Notes: a model not told the origin generated them from the sequence alone. A DNA stretch of 40,000 nucleotides from Bacillus cabrialesii (GCF_004124315.2 NZ_CP096889.1:1348274-1388273); one strand, 5' to 3'; numbered from the stretch's first letter, positions 26,900-35,034 are shown. Numbers and translations: made by a program.

Positions 26900-29014
26900 A
26901 TGGCATACGAAGAAAAAACAGACTGGCTCCCGGACGACCCAATTAACGAAGACGACGTCAACCGCTGGGAAAAAGGCATAAAAGACGCCCACACAGACCT
27001 GGCCGCCCACAAAAACGACATGAACAACCCCCACAACACAACAAAGGCGCAAATCGGGCTGGGGAACGTGGATAATGTGCAGCAAGCGGCGAAGAAGGAT
27101 TTTGAACTGCATGAGCAAGATCAGGTGCGGCATGTTACAGAGGAAGAGCGAGAGAAATGGAACAAAGGTCAATTATCTAAGATTACAAAAGATGATGGAC
27201 AGCCTATGTTCAATATCACAAGTGATTTCCATACCGAACTGATGAACTATCCTACATTGACTTATTTTTCTTATACGGGATCGCCTCTGAATTCACCAGG
27301 CGGCTCAGGGAGAGGATTTTGGACTTGCAGTGATAGTAAGTTATACGGACATGTGCTTGTAATGACAAATGATAATAGGACATTCCGCAAAACACTCTCA
27401 AACGGGAATTGGACTGATTGGTTTGAATTAGAGACAACAGAAGGCGCTCAAACAAAAGTGAACGCTCATGCAGCCAAGTCGGACATGCATGTCACACAAT
27501 CGGACAAAGACCAGTGGAATAACAGCCAGCTTTTTAAAGTCACAGCAGACAACGGTCAAGCAAAAATATATTTAAGCGAAACAGATGATTTTCATGAAAT
27601 TGTTCCGAAGAATACTGGAATGGTTCATTTCACCTCCATGCCAAAAACGGTGAATGGTCCAGGAACTTCAGTCAGGGGTTTATGGACTATTAATGCGACT
27701 GGTAATTACGGGCAAATTATCGCTTTTGATAATGCTAATAAAACGTATCGAAAAACGATATCAGGAGGAAACTGGTCGGATTGGATTGAATTAGAGACAA
27801 CAGCTGGAGCAGAGGCGAAAGTATCTAATCATGCTAAGGATTCAGTGATACACATTACATCAGCTGAGAGGAGCAAATGGAATGGGGCTCAGCTTACTAA
27901 AATAACAAGCGATTTAGGAGGGGTGTCCATTGCAGCAAACGAAGGAGAGGACATTCTTCAAAAAATAATTGATCAAGGTAGAGGCATGGGCACATTTTAT
28001 GCACATGGAAAAGCTGTAAATGCCCCATCTCCATTTTCAATAAGAGGCGTATTTCATTTGACTAGCCAATCAACCGACGGAAAAGGTATGTTTGGTTGGG
28101 TTTTTGCTACTGATTACAGAAACAATGTCTTTACGAATTATTATGATGGAAGCACTGTTGCGTGGCAAGGATGGAACAAGGTTGAAACAGAAACCACTGC
28201 TCAAGCTAAAGCGGATAAAGCTTTGTCTGATGCAAAAAACTATGTTGACACAAATTATACAAATCAAGTATTAACTGTTCATACAGGCTCAAATGCAATT
28301 CAAGACGCGAGAACAAGCGGAAATGATTATCCAACTGGTATCACCTTTATGGACATAGGAGGTAATAACACTACAGGGTACCCGTTAACCTATGGATTTG
28401 TAAAAAATGAAAAGCATAGTAATTATCGCTTTACTCAGTATTTCTATGGAAATGCAGACACAACTAGTGGAAGTTATGATCATGTTGGGACTTGGATCCG
28501 CCATTGGTGGGCAGGTTCTGGCTGGACCGCATGGCAGAAGATATCAGGGTTTGCTCATGTAAATATAGGGACTACTGGACGTCAAGCTCTGATTAAAGGA
28601 GAAAATAACAAAATTAAATATAACCGTATTATAAAAGATAGTCATAAATTGTTTGATACGAAAAACAATAGGTTTGTAGCCAGTCATGCAGGTATGCACT
28701 TAGTCGGTGCAAGTTTATATATAGAGAATACTGAGCGATACTCCAATTTTGAATTATATGTTTATGTAAACGGCACAAAGTATAAATTAATGAATCAATT
28801 TAGAATGCCTACCCCTTCCAATAACAGTGATAATGAGTTTAATGCAACCGTTACTGGATCTGTTACAGTTCCGCTTGATGCAGGAGATTATGTTGAAATT
28901 TATGTTTATGTTGGTTATTCCGGGGATGTAACACGATATGTTGCAGATTCAAATGGAGTTCTCAATTATTTTGATGTTCTGGAGCTTGGCGGAAGAAATT
29001 ATCCGAGAGTTTAG
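26900..29014 (+). CDS. xkdV: Tail fibre / receptor-binding protein
   Basis: 704 aa. The N-terminus MAYEEKTDWLPDDPINEDDVNRWEKGIKDAHTDLAAHKNDMNNPHNTTKAQIGLGNVDN is conserved. Three tandem modules of about 120 aa follow, then a beta-rich C-terminal domain. Confidence 0.9.
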   Translation: MAYEEKTDWLPDDPINEDDVNRWEKGIKDAHTDLAAHKNDMNNPHNTTKAQIGLGNVDNVQQAAKKDFELHEQDQVRHVTEEEREKWNKGQLSKITKDDGQPMFNITSDFHTELMNYPTLTYFSYTGSPLNSPGGSGRGFWTCSDSKLYGHVLVMTNDNRTFRKTLSNGNWTDWFELETTEGAQTKVNAHAAKSDMHVTQSDKDQWNNSQLFKVTADNGQAKIYLSETDDFHEIVPKNTGMVHFTSMPKTVNGPGTSVRGLWTINATGNYGQIIAFDNANKTYRKTISGGNWSDWIELETTAGAEAKVSNHAKDSVIHITSAERSKWNGAQLTKITSDLGGVSIAANEGEDILQKIIDQGRGMGTFYAHGKAVNAPSPFSIRGVFHLTSQSTDGKGMFGWVFATDYRNNVFTNYYDGSTVAWQGWNKVETETTAQAKADKALSDAKNYVDTNYTNQVLTVHTGSNAIQDARTSGNDYPTGITFMDIGGNNTTGYPLTYGFVKNEKHSNYRFTQYFYGNADTTSGSYDHVGTWIRHWWAGSGWTAWQKISGFAHVNIGTTGRQALIKGENNKIKYNRIIKDSHKLFDTKNNRFVASHAGMHLVGASLYIENTERYSNFELYVYVNGTKYKLMNQFRMPTPSNNSDNEFNATVTGSVTVPLDAGDYVEIYVYVGYSGDVTRYVADSNGVLNYFDVLELGGRNYPRV
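27128..28220 (+). repeat. Three tandem modules of about 120 codons inside xkdV
   Basis: Each module starts H(V/I)T..(E/D)..(K/Q)WN..QL.K(I/V)T.D.G and ends NW(T/S)DW.ELETT.GA..KV..HA (degenerate in the third copy). Confidence 0.85.
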
Positions 29015-29025
29015 GAGGTACCTTT

Positions 29026-29355
29026 ATGATCTTATATGATGCCATTATGTACAAGTATCCAAAAGCAGTATCGAGAAAGGATTTTGAATTGCGTAATGAC
29101 GGTAACGGTTCATACATTGAGAAATGGAATCTCCGGGCCCCGTTACCGACTCAGGCAGAACTCGAGTCCTGGTGGGAAGAGCTGCAAAAAAACCCGCCGT
29201 ACGAGCCGCCTGATCAGGTGGAGATTCTTGCTCAGGAATTGTCACAGGAAAAGCTGGCACGCAAGCAGCTTGAAGAACTGAACAAAACATTAGGAAGCGA
29301 GCTGTCAGATATAAAGCTTTCATTACTTTCCTTGAAAGGAGATCTTGCTGAATGA
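29026..29355 (+). CDS. xkdW: XkdW-family protein (tail-fibre-associated)
   Basis: 109 aa after AGGAGG. Synteny. Confidence 0.85.
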   Translation: MILYDAIMYKYPKAVSRKDFELRNDGNGSYIEKWNLRAPLPTQAELESWWEELQKNPPYEPPDQVEILAQELSQEKLARKQLEELNKTLGSELSDIKLSLLSLKGDLAE

Positions 29356-29516
29356 ATTATTGGGTGCTAGCCCTCTACTATGAGTGGGCGACAGCGGATA
29401 TGGTGAAACAGGCATTAGCATATAAAGACTGTTCAATTGAGGATCTGGCAGAGGGTGTGAACAAAAAGCTGATTACATCTGACCAGTATAAAGAAATTAC
29501 CGGTAAAGCCATGTAA
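29352..29516 (+). CDS. xkdX: XkdX-family small protein (54 aa, below ORF-track cutoff)
   Basis: ATGA overlap with xkdW. Product is MNYWVLALYYEWATADMVKQALAYKDCSIEDLAEGVNKKLITSDQYKEITGKAM. Confidence 0.8.
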   Translation: MNYWVLALYYEWATADMVKQALAYKDCSIEDLAEGVNKKLITSDQYKEITGKAM

Positions 29517-29528
29517 GGCTTTTTTATT
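29504..29528 (+). terminator. Weak terminator-like hairpin after xkdX
   Basis: AAAGCC-atgtaa-GGCTTT followed by TTTATTTT. The stem is only 6 bp. Confidence 0.4.
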
Positions 29529-29560
29529 TTGCCTGTTTTTAGATGAAAAGGAGGATGAAG

Positions 29561-30403
29561 ATGGTGAAGTATCAATATGAATTTCCTCTCGATAAGACTG
29601 GAAAAGCCGGAGCAGTAAAGCCCTACAGAGGAGAAAAAAATGATTTTGTGACGCCTGTTTCAAACTTGTCGGGTGTCGCGGAAATTTTAACGAACGCGGC
29701 CTTAAAGGCGACTGAGGCATACAGCCAGCTCGGGCAAGACCGGCTGGGCGCAGTGCTGGTTTCGAAAGTAAAGGGCTGGGCGTATGCAGATCGTGAAGGC
29801 ACGCTCTTTATAGAAGAAAGCGACAACAACAATGTTTGGACAACGACAGCAGCAGTTAATGTCGCAGCCGGTGTCCTGACGGAGACGGACTGGGTGTATC
29901 TTTCTAAACGCTATTACCGCTTCCGCTATGTGAACGGGAATCTTCAGCAATCAGAGTTTGTCTTATACCAATCAGTCGGCGCGGGAGAAATGGACGTTCG
30001 TGTAAATCAAAAAGCTCCTTTGCAGATTGACTTATCGGAGATTCAGACAGGCGATGGACGGCTGAAAGTAAAAGCCGGCAACACATTTGACCATGTCTTT
30101 CATGAAAATGCCGAGTCCGCTGGCGAGGGCACTGCATTATCCGTGGACGGCGCCGCTCATTTACTCGTTGAAGTATACGGCACAGCGGAAACGAGTGAGG
30201 TCAAATTTTGGGGCAAATCGGTGTCAGGACAGAAACTCCCGATCAGAGGAGTGAAATCGGATGATGCATCCGCTGCCTGCAGTACGTTAGGGAAAGCTGA
30301 AGCATGGGCCTTCGATATTCAAGGGTTTAAGGAGATCATCATGGAGATCGCCAGTATCACCGGCGGGACTCTTTCGATAAAAGGAACAGCAGTTTCATCA
30401 TAA
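29561..30403 (+). CDS. xepA: PBSX exported/lysis-associated protein
   Basis: ATG 29561 follows AAAGGAGGA. Product starts MVKYQYEFPLDKTGKAGAVKPYRGEKNDF... and matches XepA as I remember it. Confidence 0.9.
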   Translation: MVKYQYEFPLDKTGKAGAVKPYRGEKNDFVTPVSNLSGVAEILTNAALKATEAYSQLGQDRLGAVLVSKVKGWAYADREGTLFIEESDNNNVWTTTAAVNVAAGVLTETDWVYLSKRYYRFRYVNGNLQQSEFVLYQSVGAGEMDVRVNQKAPLQIDLSEIQTGDGRLKVKAGNTFDHVFHENAESAGEGTALSVDGAAHLLVEVYGTAETSEVKFWGKSVSGQKLPIRGVKSDDASAACSTLGKAEAWAFDIQGFKEIIMEIASITGGTLSIKGTAVSS

Positions 30404-30416
30404 TTTCGGCCCTCGG

Positions 30417-30438
30417 AAGGGAGGTGATCCGCATGTAA
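30417..30438 (+). other. Strong SD followed by a start-stop mini-ORF (ATG-TAA)
   Basis: AAGGGAGGTGATccgcATGTAA. GGAGG ends 8 nt before ATG 30433, TAA is at 30436-30438, and the xhlA SD starts at 30438. Confidence 0.4.
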
Positions 30439-30452
30439 AGGAGGAGTGAATG

Positions 30453-30722
30453 ATGCAGCAAGAGGCAGATGTGAATGTGTTTCAGCAGGATTTAGCAGAC
30501 ATGAAAGGTGAACAGAAAGCGCTTGAGCAGAGGGTTTCCGCATTAGAACGCGTATCAGACCGGCAAGACCAGCAAATCATGACACTGAACGAAAAATTAA
30601 ACAAAATTGAAGAAAATACAACATGGATTAAACGCACCATCACAGGTGCCATCATTACAGCAGTTTGCACAGGGATCATTGGCGGAGCAATCGCCATTAT
30701 GTACAACCTGCTGCAGCATTAA
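30453..30722 (+). CDS. xhlA: Holin-associated membrane protein
   Basis: Starts ATGATG (30450/30453) after AAGGAGGAG. A coiled-coil N-terminus and one C-terminal TM segment (ITGAIITAVCTGIIGGAIAIMY). Confidence 0.9.
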   Translation: MQQEADVNVFQQDLADMKGEQKALEQRVSALERVSDRQDQQIMTLNEKLNKIEENTTWIKRTITGAIITAVCTGIIGGAIAIMYNLLQH

Positions 30723-30734
30723 AGGGGGATTTTC

Positions 30735-30998
30735 ATGAAAAGGTTTGACAAAGGCACGGTCATTAGGACGGTGCTTCTTTTGGTTGCCTTAATCAATCAG
30801 ACCATGCTGATGCTTGGCAAATCACCATTGGATATCCAGGAGGAACAGGTCAATCAGCTTGCTGACGCGCTTTATTCTGCCGGATCTGTCATTTTTACAA
30901 TTGGAACGACACTTGCCGCTTGGTTTAAAAACAACTATGTAACAGAAAAAGGGAAAAAACAGCGCGACTTGTTAAAGGAAAATAATCTGACGAAATAA
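30735..30998 (+). CDS. xhlB: Holin
   Basis: 87 aa with two hydrophobic segments and a charged C-terminus. Confidence 0.9.
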   Translation: MKRFDKGTVIRTVLLLVALINQTMLMLGKSPLDIQEEQVNQLADALYSAGSVIFTIGTTLAAWFKNNYVTEKGKKQRDLLKENNLTK

Positions 30999-31010
30999 GG
31001 AGAGATGAAA

Positions 31011-31904
31011 ATGGTGAACATTATTCAAGACTTTATTCCAGTCGGTGCAAATAACCGTCCGGGCTACGCAATGACACCGCTCTACATTACCGTGCACAAT
31101 ACAGCGAACACTGCTGTCGGAGCGGATGCTGCAGCCCATGCCAGCTATTTGAAAAATCCTGATACGGCGACAAGCTGGCATTTTACAGTCGATGATACAG
31201 AAATTTATCAGCATTTGCCTTTAAATGAAAACGGCTGGCATGCGGGAGATGGAAATGGCAGCGGCAACCGGGCTTCTATCGGGATTGAAATTTGTGAAAA
31301 TGCCGATGGAGACTTTGCACAAGCAACAGCAAATGCCCAATGGCTGATCAAAACATTAATGAGTGAGCACAATATCAGTCTTGCCAATGTCGTCCCTCAT
31401 AAATATTGGTCTGGGAAGGAATGTCCGCGCAAACTGTTGGATACGTGGGATTCGTTCAAAGCGGGAATTGGGGGAGGCGGCAGCCAAACCTACGTCGTAA
31501 AACAAGGTGACACACTTACATCCATCGCGAGAGCATTCGGGGTTACTGTTGCTCAACTGCAAGAGTGGAACAATATCGAAGACCCGAATCTTATTCAGGT
31601 CGGTCAAGTATTGATTGTAAGTGCTCCGTCGTACGCTGAAGAACCCGAGCTCTATCCGCTCCCTGATGGTATCATTCAATTGACAACACCATATACCTCA
31701 GGAGAACACGTCTTTCAGGTGCAGCGAGCACTGGCCGCTCTCTATTTTTACCCTGATAAAGGCGCTGTCAACAACGGAATTGATGGCATTTACGGGCCGA
31801 AAACAGCGGATGCGGTTGCGCGTTTTCAGTCTGTTAACGGTTTAACGGCCGATGGGATTTATGGGCCGGCGACAAAAGTGAAGATTGCAACGCAATTAAG
31901 TTGA
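31011..31904 (+). CDS. xlyA: N-acetylmuramoyl-L-alanine amidase (endolysin)
   Basis: ATG 31011 follows AAGGAGAG. Product starts MVNIIQDFIPVGANNRPGYAMTPLYITVHNTAN... and has amidase_2, LysM and PG-binding domains. Confidence 0.93.
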   Translation: MVNIIQDFIPVGANNRPGYAMTPLYITVHNTANTAVGADAAAHASYLKNPDTATSWHFTVDDTEIYQHLPLNENGWHAGDGNGSGNRASIGIEICENADGDFAQATANAQWLIKTLMSEHNISLANVVPHKYWSGKECPRKLLDTWDSFKAGIGGGGSQTYVVKQGDTLTSIARAFGVTVAQLQEWNNIEDPNLIQVGQVLIVSAPSYAEEPELYPLPDGIIQLTTPYTSGEHVFQVQRALAALYFYPDKGAVNNGIDGIYGPKTADAVARFQSVNGLTADGIYGPATKVKIATQLS

Positions 31905-31908
31905 CGAA

Positions 31909-31940
31909 AAATCCCGGAGTTTCTCCGGGATTTATTTTTT
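31909..31940. terminator. Terminator of the late operon (probably bidirectional)
   Basis: AAATCCCGGAG-ttt-CTCCGGGATTT (31909-31933) followed by TATTTTTT. An A-run lies on the other side. Confidence 0.9.
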
Positions 31941-32069
31941 CTTCTTCAATTTTTTTAAAATCCCTGCACTCCGCTCCCTCACCCGAAGCGAATACCCGGA
32001 AAGTCCAAACCTTCCGTAATCAACAAATTTCACACGCCTCACCAATTTTTTCACTGTATCACCTGACAA
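31932..32069 (-). CDS. spoIISC: Candidate third spoIIS gene (small basic protein, 45 aa from TTG 32069 or 40 aa from GTG 32054)
   Basis: Minus-strand ORF (M)SGDTVKKLVRRVKFVDYGRFGLSGYSLRVRERSAGILKKLKKKK lies downstream of spoIISB. SD spacing is poor for both starts. The symbol is assigned from position and my memory of a 45-aa SpoIISC. Confidence 0.45.
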   Translation of the reverse strand: MSGDTVKKLVRRVKFVDYGRFGLSGYSLRVRERSAGILKKLKKKK

Positions 32070-32116
32070 TATCCTCTGTTTGTTTTAGTATATGTAACCC
32101 TCATCAGAAAAGGAAT

Positions 32117-32145
32117 AAGGACAAGAGCTGTTTTCCCTTGTCCTT
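32117..32145 (-). terminator. Hairpin immediately downstream of spoIISB
   Basis: AAGGACAAG-N11-CTTGTCCTT, a perfect 9-bp stem. The T-tract on the minus strand is interrupted (attcctttt). Confidence 0.5.
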
Positions 32146-32154
32146 TTAGTGTGA

Positions 32155-32325
32155 TCATGCTTTTTTTCGTTTATACTCGTCAATCAGCCGTTCGTTTTCT
32201 TTGAAGATTCTTGCTGTATGCGGACTGACTTGATAGCTTGCGACACTGGTGGTTGAACGTTTTTTCAGGATTTTAAACGGCTTCGCCGCTCGGGGCTCGC
32301 ATCCGTTTTGATACGCGCGTTCCAT
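32155..32325 (-). CDS. spoIISB: SpoIISA antitoxin (56 aa, below ORF-track cutoff)
   Basis: MERAYQNGCEPRAAKPFKILKKRSTTSVASYQVSPHTARIFKENERLIDEYKRKKA. The ATG overlaps the spoIISA stop (TAATG). Confidence 0.9.
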   Translation of the reverse strand: MERAYQNGCEPRAAKPFKILKKRSTTSVASYQVSPHTARIFKENERLIDEYKRKKA

Positions 32326-33071
32326 TATCCTTCACCTTCCTCCTCAATTGGCAGCACCAAATCATATATGCTCGTTAATGATGTGAAAAGCAAATAATCA
32401 AACTCCGTGACAATGCTGTCAGACGTCAGCTTGATGACATAGCTCTGTGTCTCGATGGTAAAAGGGATGAGAACCACCTTACCGTCCTGGTCGTAATAAA
32501 CATCCTTTCGATCGAGCCGTGTTTGTACGTCTGCCGGATCGTCCATGTGCTCGGTTAACCGGTCTTTATCAGCCTGTGTCGAATAGTGACAAAGAGAGGC
32601 CGTTAAGTTCATTTTATCGGCATAGGTTTTCAGCAGCTTATCAATACCTTCAGCATATGCATCTACACTTCCATAATAAACATGGATCGGTTCGTTTTTC
32701 AATAGGTATTGGTATGTTTTCAGCCGATTGAGATACATGTGGAGCATTTCGTTGTTTTCTTCGAGAATTTCTCTTGTGTCTGTTTCCAGCTCGCTGCCGG
32801 CCAGTTTTTTGACGTATGCACTTAGGAAGATGAAAGCATCGATTAAAGCAAAACTGACGGCGACAATGAGATACCGTTCCCAGTCGGCAAACAGGGACGA
32901 GGGGTCATATGTCCAGTATACCATAGCGCCCAGAACAAACAGCAAATACCATGTTTTCCGGATGGCGGACATTTTTTCTTTGACCTTCGCTTCGAAACGC
33001 CAAGTGGCGTACACGTATAAGCCCAATCCGGCCATGATGCACCAGACCATGATCTGAAAGAATAAAAGCAT
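32325..33071 (-). CDS. spoIISA: Membrane toxin of the SpoIIS toxin-antitoxin system
   Basis: 248 aa with three N-terminal TM segments and a cytoplasmic domain. Matches SpoIISA. Confidence 0.92.
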   Translation of the reverse strand: MLLFFQIMVWCIMAGLGLYVYATWRFEAKVKEKMSAIRKTWYLLFVLGAMVYWTYDPSSLFADWERYLIVAVSFALIDAFIFLSAYVKKLAGSELETDTREILEENNEMLHMYLNRLKTYQYLLKNEPIHVYYGSVDAYAEGIDKLLKTYADKMNLTASLCHYSTQADKDRLTEHMDDPADVQTRLDRKDVYYDQDGKVVLIPFTIETQSYVIKLTSDSIVTEFDYLLFTSLTSIYDLVLPIEEEGEG

Positions 33072-33144
33072 ACATTAATCCCTCACATCTGAATTAGGTT
33101 CTGCTTATTGTATTCGAGAGATACGGATGGTTTTCCTGTTCCAA

Positions 33145-33174
33145 CAAAAAAACCGCTTCTTTAACAGAAGCGGT
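33145..33174 (-). terminator. Terminator of the ykaA-pit operon
   Basis: ACCGCTTCT-ttaac-AGAAGCGGT, with a T-run on the minus strand (A-run 33145-33152 on plus). Confidence 0.85.
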
Positions 33175-33180
33175 GTAACA

Positions 33181-34182
33181 TTAAAATATCATATTTAAAA
33201 TAAAGTAGGCGATGGCGCCAAGTGTCGCTGAAATCGGTAGCGTAATGACCCATGTAATAAGCATCCGCTTGGCTGTGCCCCAGTTTACGCCTTTTACCCG
33301 GTGTGACGCACCGACGCCAAGGATTGATGAAGAAATGACGTGGGTCGTACTAACCGGCAAATGAATAAATGTGGCGCCGAAAATAATGGCAGCCCCGGTT
33401 AAGTCAGCGGAAACACCGTTTACCGGACGAATTTTCATGATCTTTCCACCAACGGTTTTGATGATTTTCCAGCCGCCGATTGATGTTCCGAGACCCATGG
33501 CTGTCGCGCAGGCAAATTGCACCCAGGTTGGAATATCATTAGCAGAAGTATGTAAATTCGCAGTGATGAGAGCCATTGTGATAATTCCCATTGCTTTTTG
33601 CGCGTCGTTTGTGCCGTGTGTATACGATTGCAGGGCAGCTGTCAGAATCTGCACTCTGCGGAATTGCTTGTTCGTTTTCGCCAAATTGCTGTCTTTGAAT
33701 ATCAGCTTGACGATGCTGTATAAAATATACCCAACGACAAAAGCAAGAATCGGTGAAAGGATCAGTGCTTCAATGATTTTAATGAAGCCTTTATAATTTA
33801 ACGAAGCAAACCCGGCTGCCGCTACTGCCGCACCGGCAATTGCCCCGATGATGGCATGGGATGAACTGCTTGGGATGCCGTAGTACCATGTGATCAGGTT
33901 CCAGGCAATCGCAGCGATTAACGCAGCCAAAATCACAACAGAACCATTTTCCAGCGTATAAGGATCCACAATGTCTTTCGTAATGGTTTTGGCAACACCT
34001 GTAAATGTCATTGCTCCGATAAAGTTCATCACAGCCGCCAATATAATGGCGTGGCGCGGTTTCAGCGCTTTTGTCGATACCGAAGTCGCAATTGCGTTCG
34101 CCGTATCATGAAACCCGTTGATGAAATCAAACGCCAGAGCACAAATGACTATTAGTATCGTTAATATTAATAGAATATCCAT
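33181..34182 (-). CDS. pit: Low-affinity inorganic phosphate transporter (PiT family)
   Basis: 333 aa, polytopic, with duplicated PiT signatures GFHDTANAIATSV and THGTNDAQKAMGII. Confidence 0.93.
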   Translation of the reverse strand: MDILLILTILIVICALAFDFINGFHDTANAIATSVSTKALKPRHAIILAAVMNFIGAMTFTGVAKTITKDIVDPYTLENGSVVILAALIAAIAWNLITWYYGIPSSSSHAIIGAIAGAAVAAAGFASLNYKGFIKIIEALILSPILAFVVGYILYSIVKLIFKDSNLAKTNKQFRRVQILTAALQSYTHGTNDAQKAMGIITMALITANLHTSANDIPTWVQFACATAMGLGTSIGGWKIIKTVGGKIMKIRPVNGVSADLTGAAIIFGATFIHLPVSTTHVISSSILGVGASHRVKGVNWGTAKRMLITWVITLPISATLGAIAYFILNMIF

Positions 34183-34194
34183 TTTAACCCCTCG

Positions 34195-34812
34195 TTACGC
34201 GTTTTTCATAATGATGGTTTCAAGATTGTTGGCAACACTTTGGCAAGAGTCGGCAATTTCTTCAAGCGTTTCATAAATTTCACGATATTGAATAACTTTG
34301 ATCGGGTCTGTTTCATTTCCGAAAAGATTCTTTAATGATTTTCTGTGCAGGTTGTCACAGCTGTGCTCATACTCTTTAATTTTAATCGCGTGAGGCTGAA
34401 TATCCTTTAAGCGGTTTTCTGCCAGCAGCTCAATTGTAATTAAAATTTCTTTCGCACATTCTCTGATGTATCCGCTGAATTTATCGATATGCTCGTCTGA
34501 TGAAGTAATTGAGAAAATCTCCATCATGGCAGAGAAATGTTCGATTCCGTCAAGCACATCATCCAGGCTGTTTGTCAGCTGAAGGATATCTTCGCGTTCA
34601 ATAGGAGTGATGAACGCTTTGTTAAGCTCTTTAATCATGACATGAACATGATTGTCACCTTTTGTTTCATATTCCTTTAACGTATCTGCAAATTCTTTAA
34701 GCGTCGTTTGGTTGGTGACCTTAAAATTCACAAAATATTCTGCAGTTTCGTCTATGTTCTTTGCAATTTCTGTTAAAAGGAGTGAGAACTTATCTTTTTT
34801 TCTTCTTATCAT
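34195..34812 (-). CDS. ykaA: PhoU-like / DUF47 Pit accessory protein
   Basis: ATG 34812 follows GGAGGG (minus strand) and gives 205 aa starting MIRRKKDKFSLLL... The track start at 34854 lacks an SD. Confidence 0.88.
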   Translation of the reverse strand: MIRRKKDKFSLLLTEIAKNIDETAEYFVNFKVTNQTTLKEFADTLKEYETKGDNHVHVMIKELNKAFITPIEREDILQLTNSLDDVLDGIEHFSAMMEIFSITSSDEHIDKFSGYIRECAKEILITIELLAENRLKDIQPHAIKIKEYEHSCDNLHRKSLKNLFGNETDPIKVIQYREIYETLEEIADSCQSVANNLETIIMKNA

Positions 34813-34872
34813 TAAAAACCCTCCATAGTTTGAATGAGACAATGCACACATCAAATTATTATATAGCCTTTT

Positions 34873-34921
34873 GTCGAAAAAAAACAGGTAAAGTCGAAAA
34901 AAACACGGCTTGACTTTTTCG
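34873..34921 (-). repeat. Repeated GTCGAAAAAAA / CGAAAAAGTC elements in the ykaA leader
   Basis: On the plus strand GTCGAAAAAAAA is at 34873-34884, GTCGAAAAAAA at 34893-34903, and inverted GACTTTTTCG at 34912-34921. Confidence 0.6.
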
Positions 34922-35003
34922 TTAAATCATGTCTCCTTATTTTGGCCTACTTCGCTTCAAAAAAACGACCCAAGTTTGCAAAAAATTTCTGCTTAACGTA
35001 AAA

Positions 35004-35034
35004 AGTATATCAAAAGTTGTGTTTTTCCTGTCAA
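35004..35034 (-). promoter_or_regulatory. Candidate sigma-A promoter for ykaA-pit (TTGACA-N17-GATATA, or N19-TATACT)
   Basis: A perfect TTGACA lies on the minus strand at 35034-35029. The -10 choice is ambiguous. It implies a leader of about 190 nt. Confidence 0.35.

Larger units (their letters stand above)
3931..31942. mobile_element. PBSX-type defective prophage / phage-tail-like (contractile) particle locus, xkdA through the xlyA terminator
   Basis: Contiguous set: ImmA/Xre switch, replication-like genes, sigma-like Xpf, terminase, portal, capsid, connectors, sheath, tube, chaperone, tape measure, baseplate, fibre and holin/endolysin. No recombinase is seen. Confidence 0.95.

Noticed and set aside
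29378-30137. Several 65-95-aa minus-strand ORFs opposite xkdX and xepA
   Set aside because: They are nested antisense to recognised genes and have no SD.
31901-32149. 82-aa plus-strand ORF from the track, starting inside the xlyA stop region
   Set aside because: It runs through the xlyA terminator hairpin and the intergenic region. It has a low-complexity S/P/F-rich sequence and no SD, and it lies opposite the spoIISC candidate.
34922-34930. Second mini-ORF, ATG-ATT-TAA, after AAGGAG in the ykaA leader (minus strand)
   Set aside because: Only 2 nt separate the SD from the ATG, which is too short for initiation. It is probably fortuitous.
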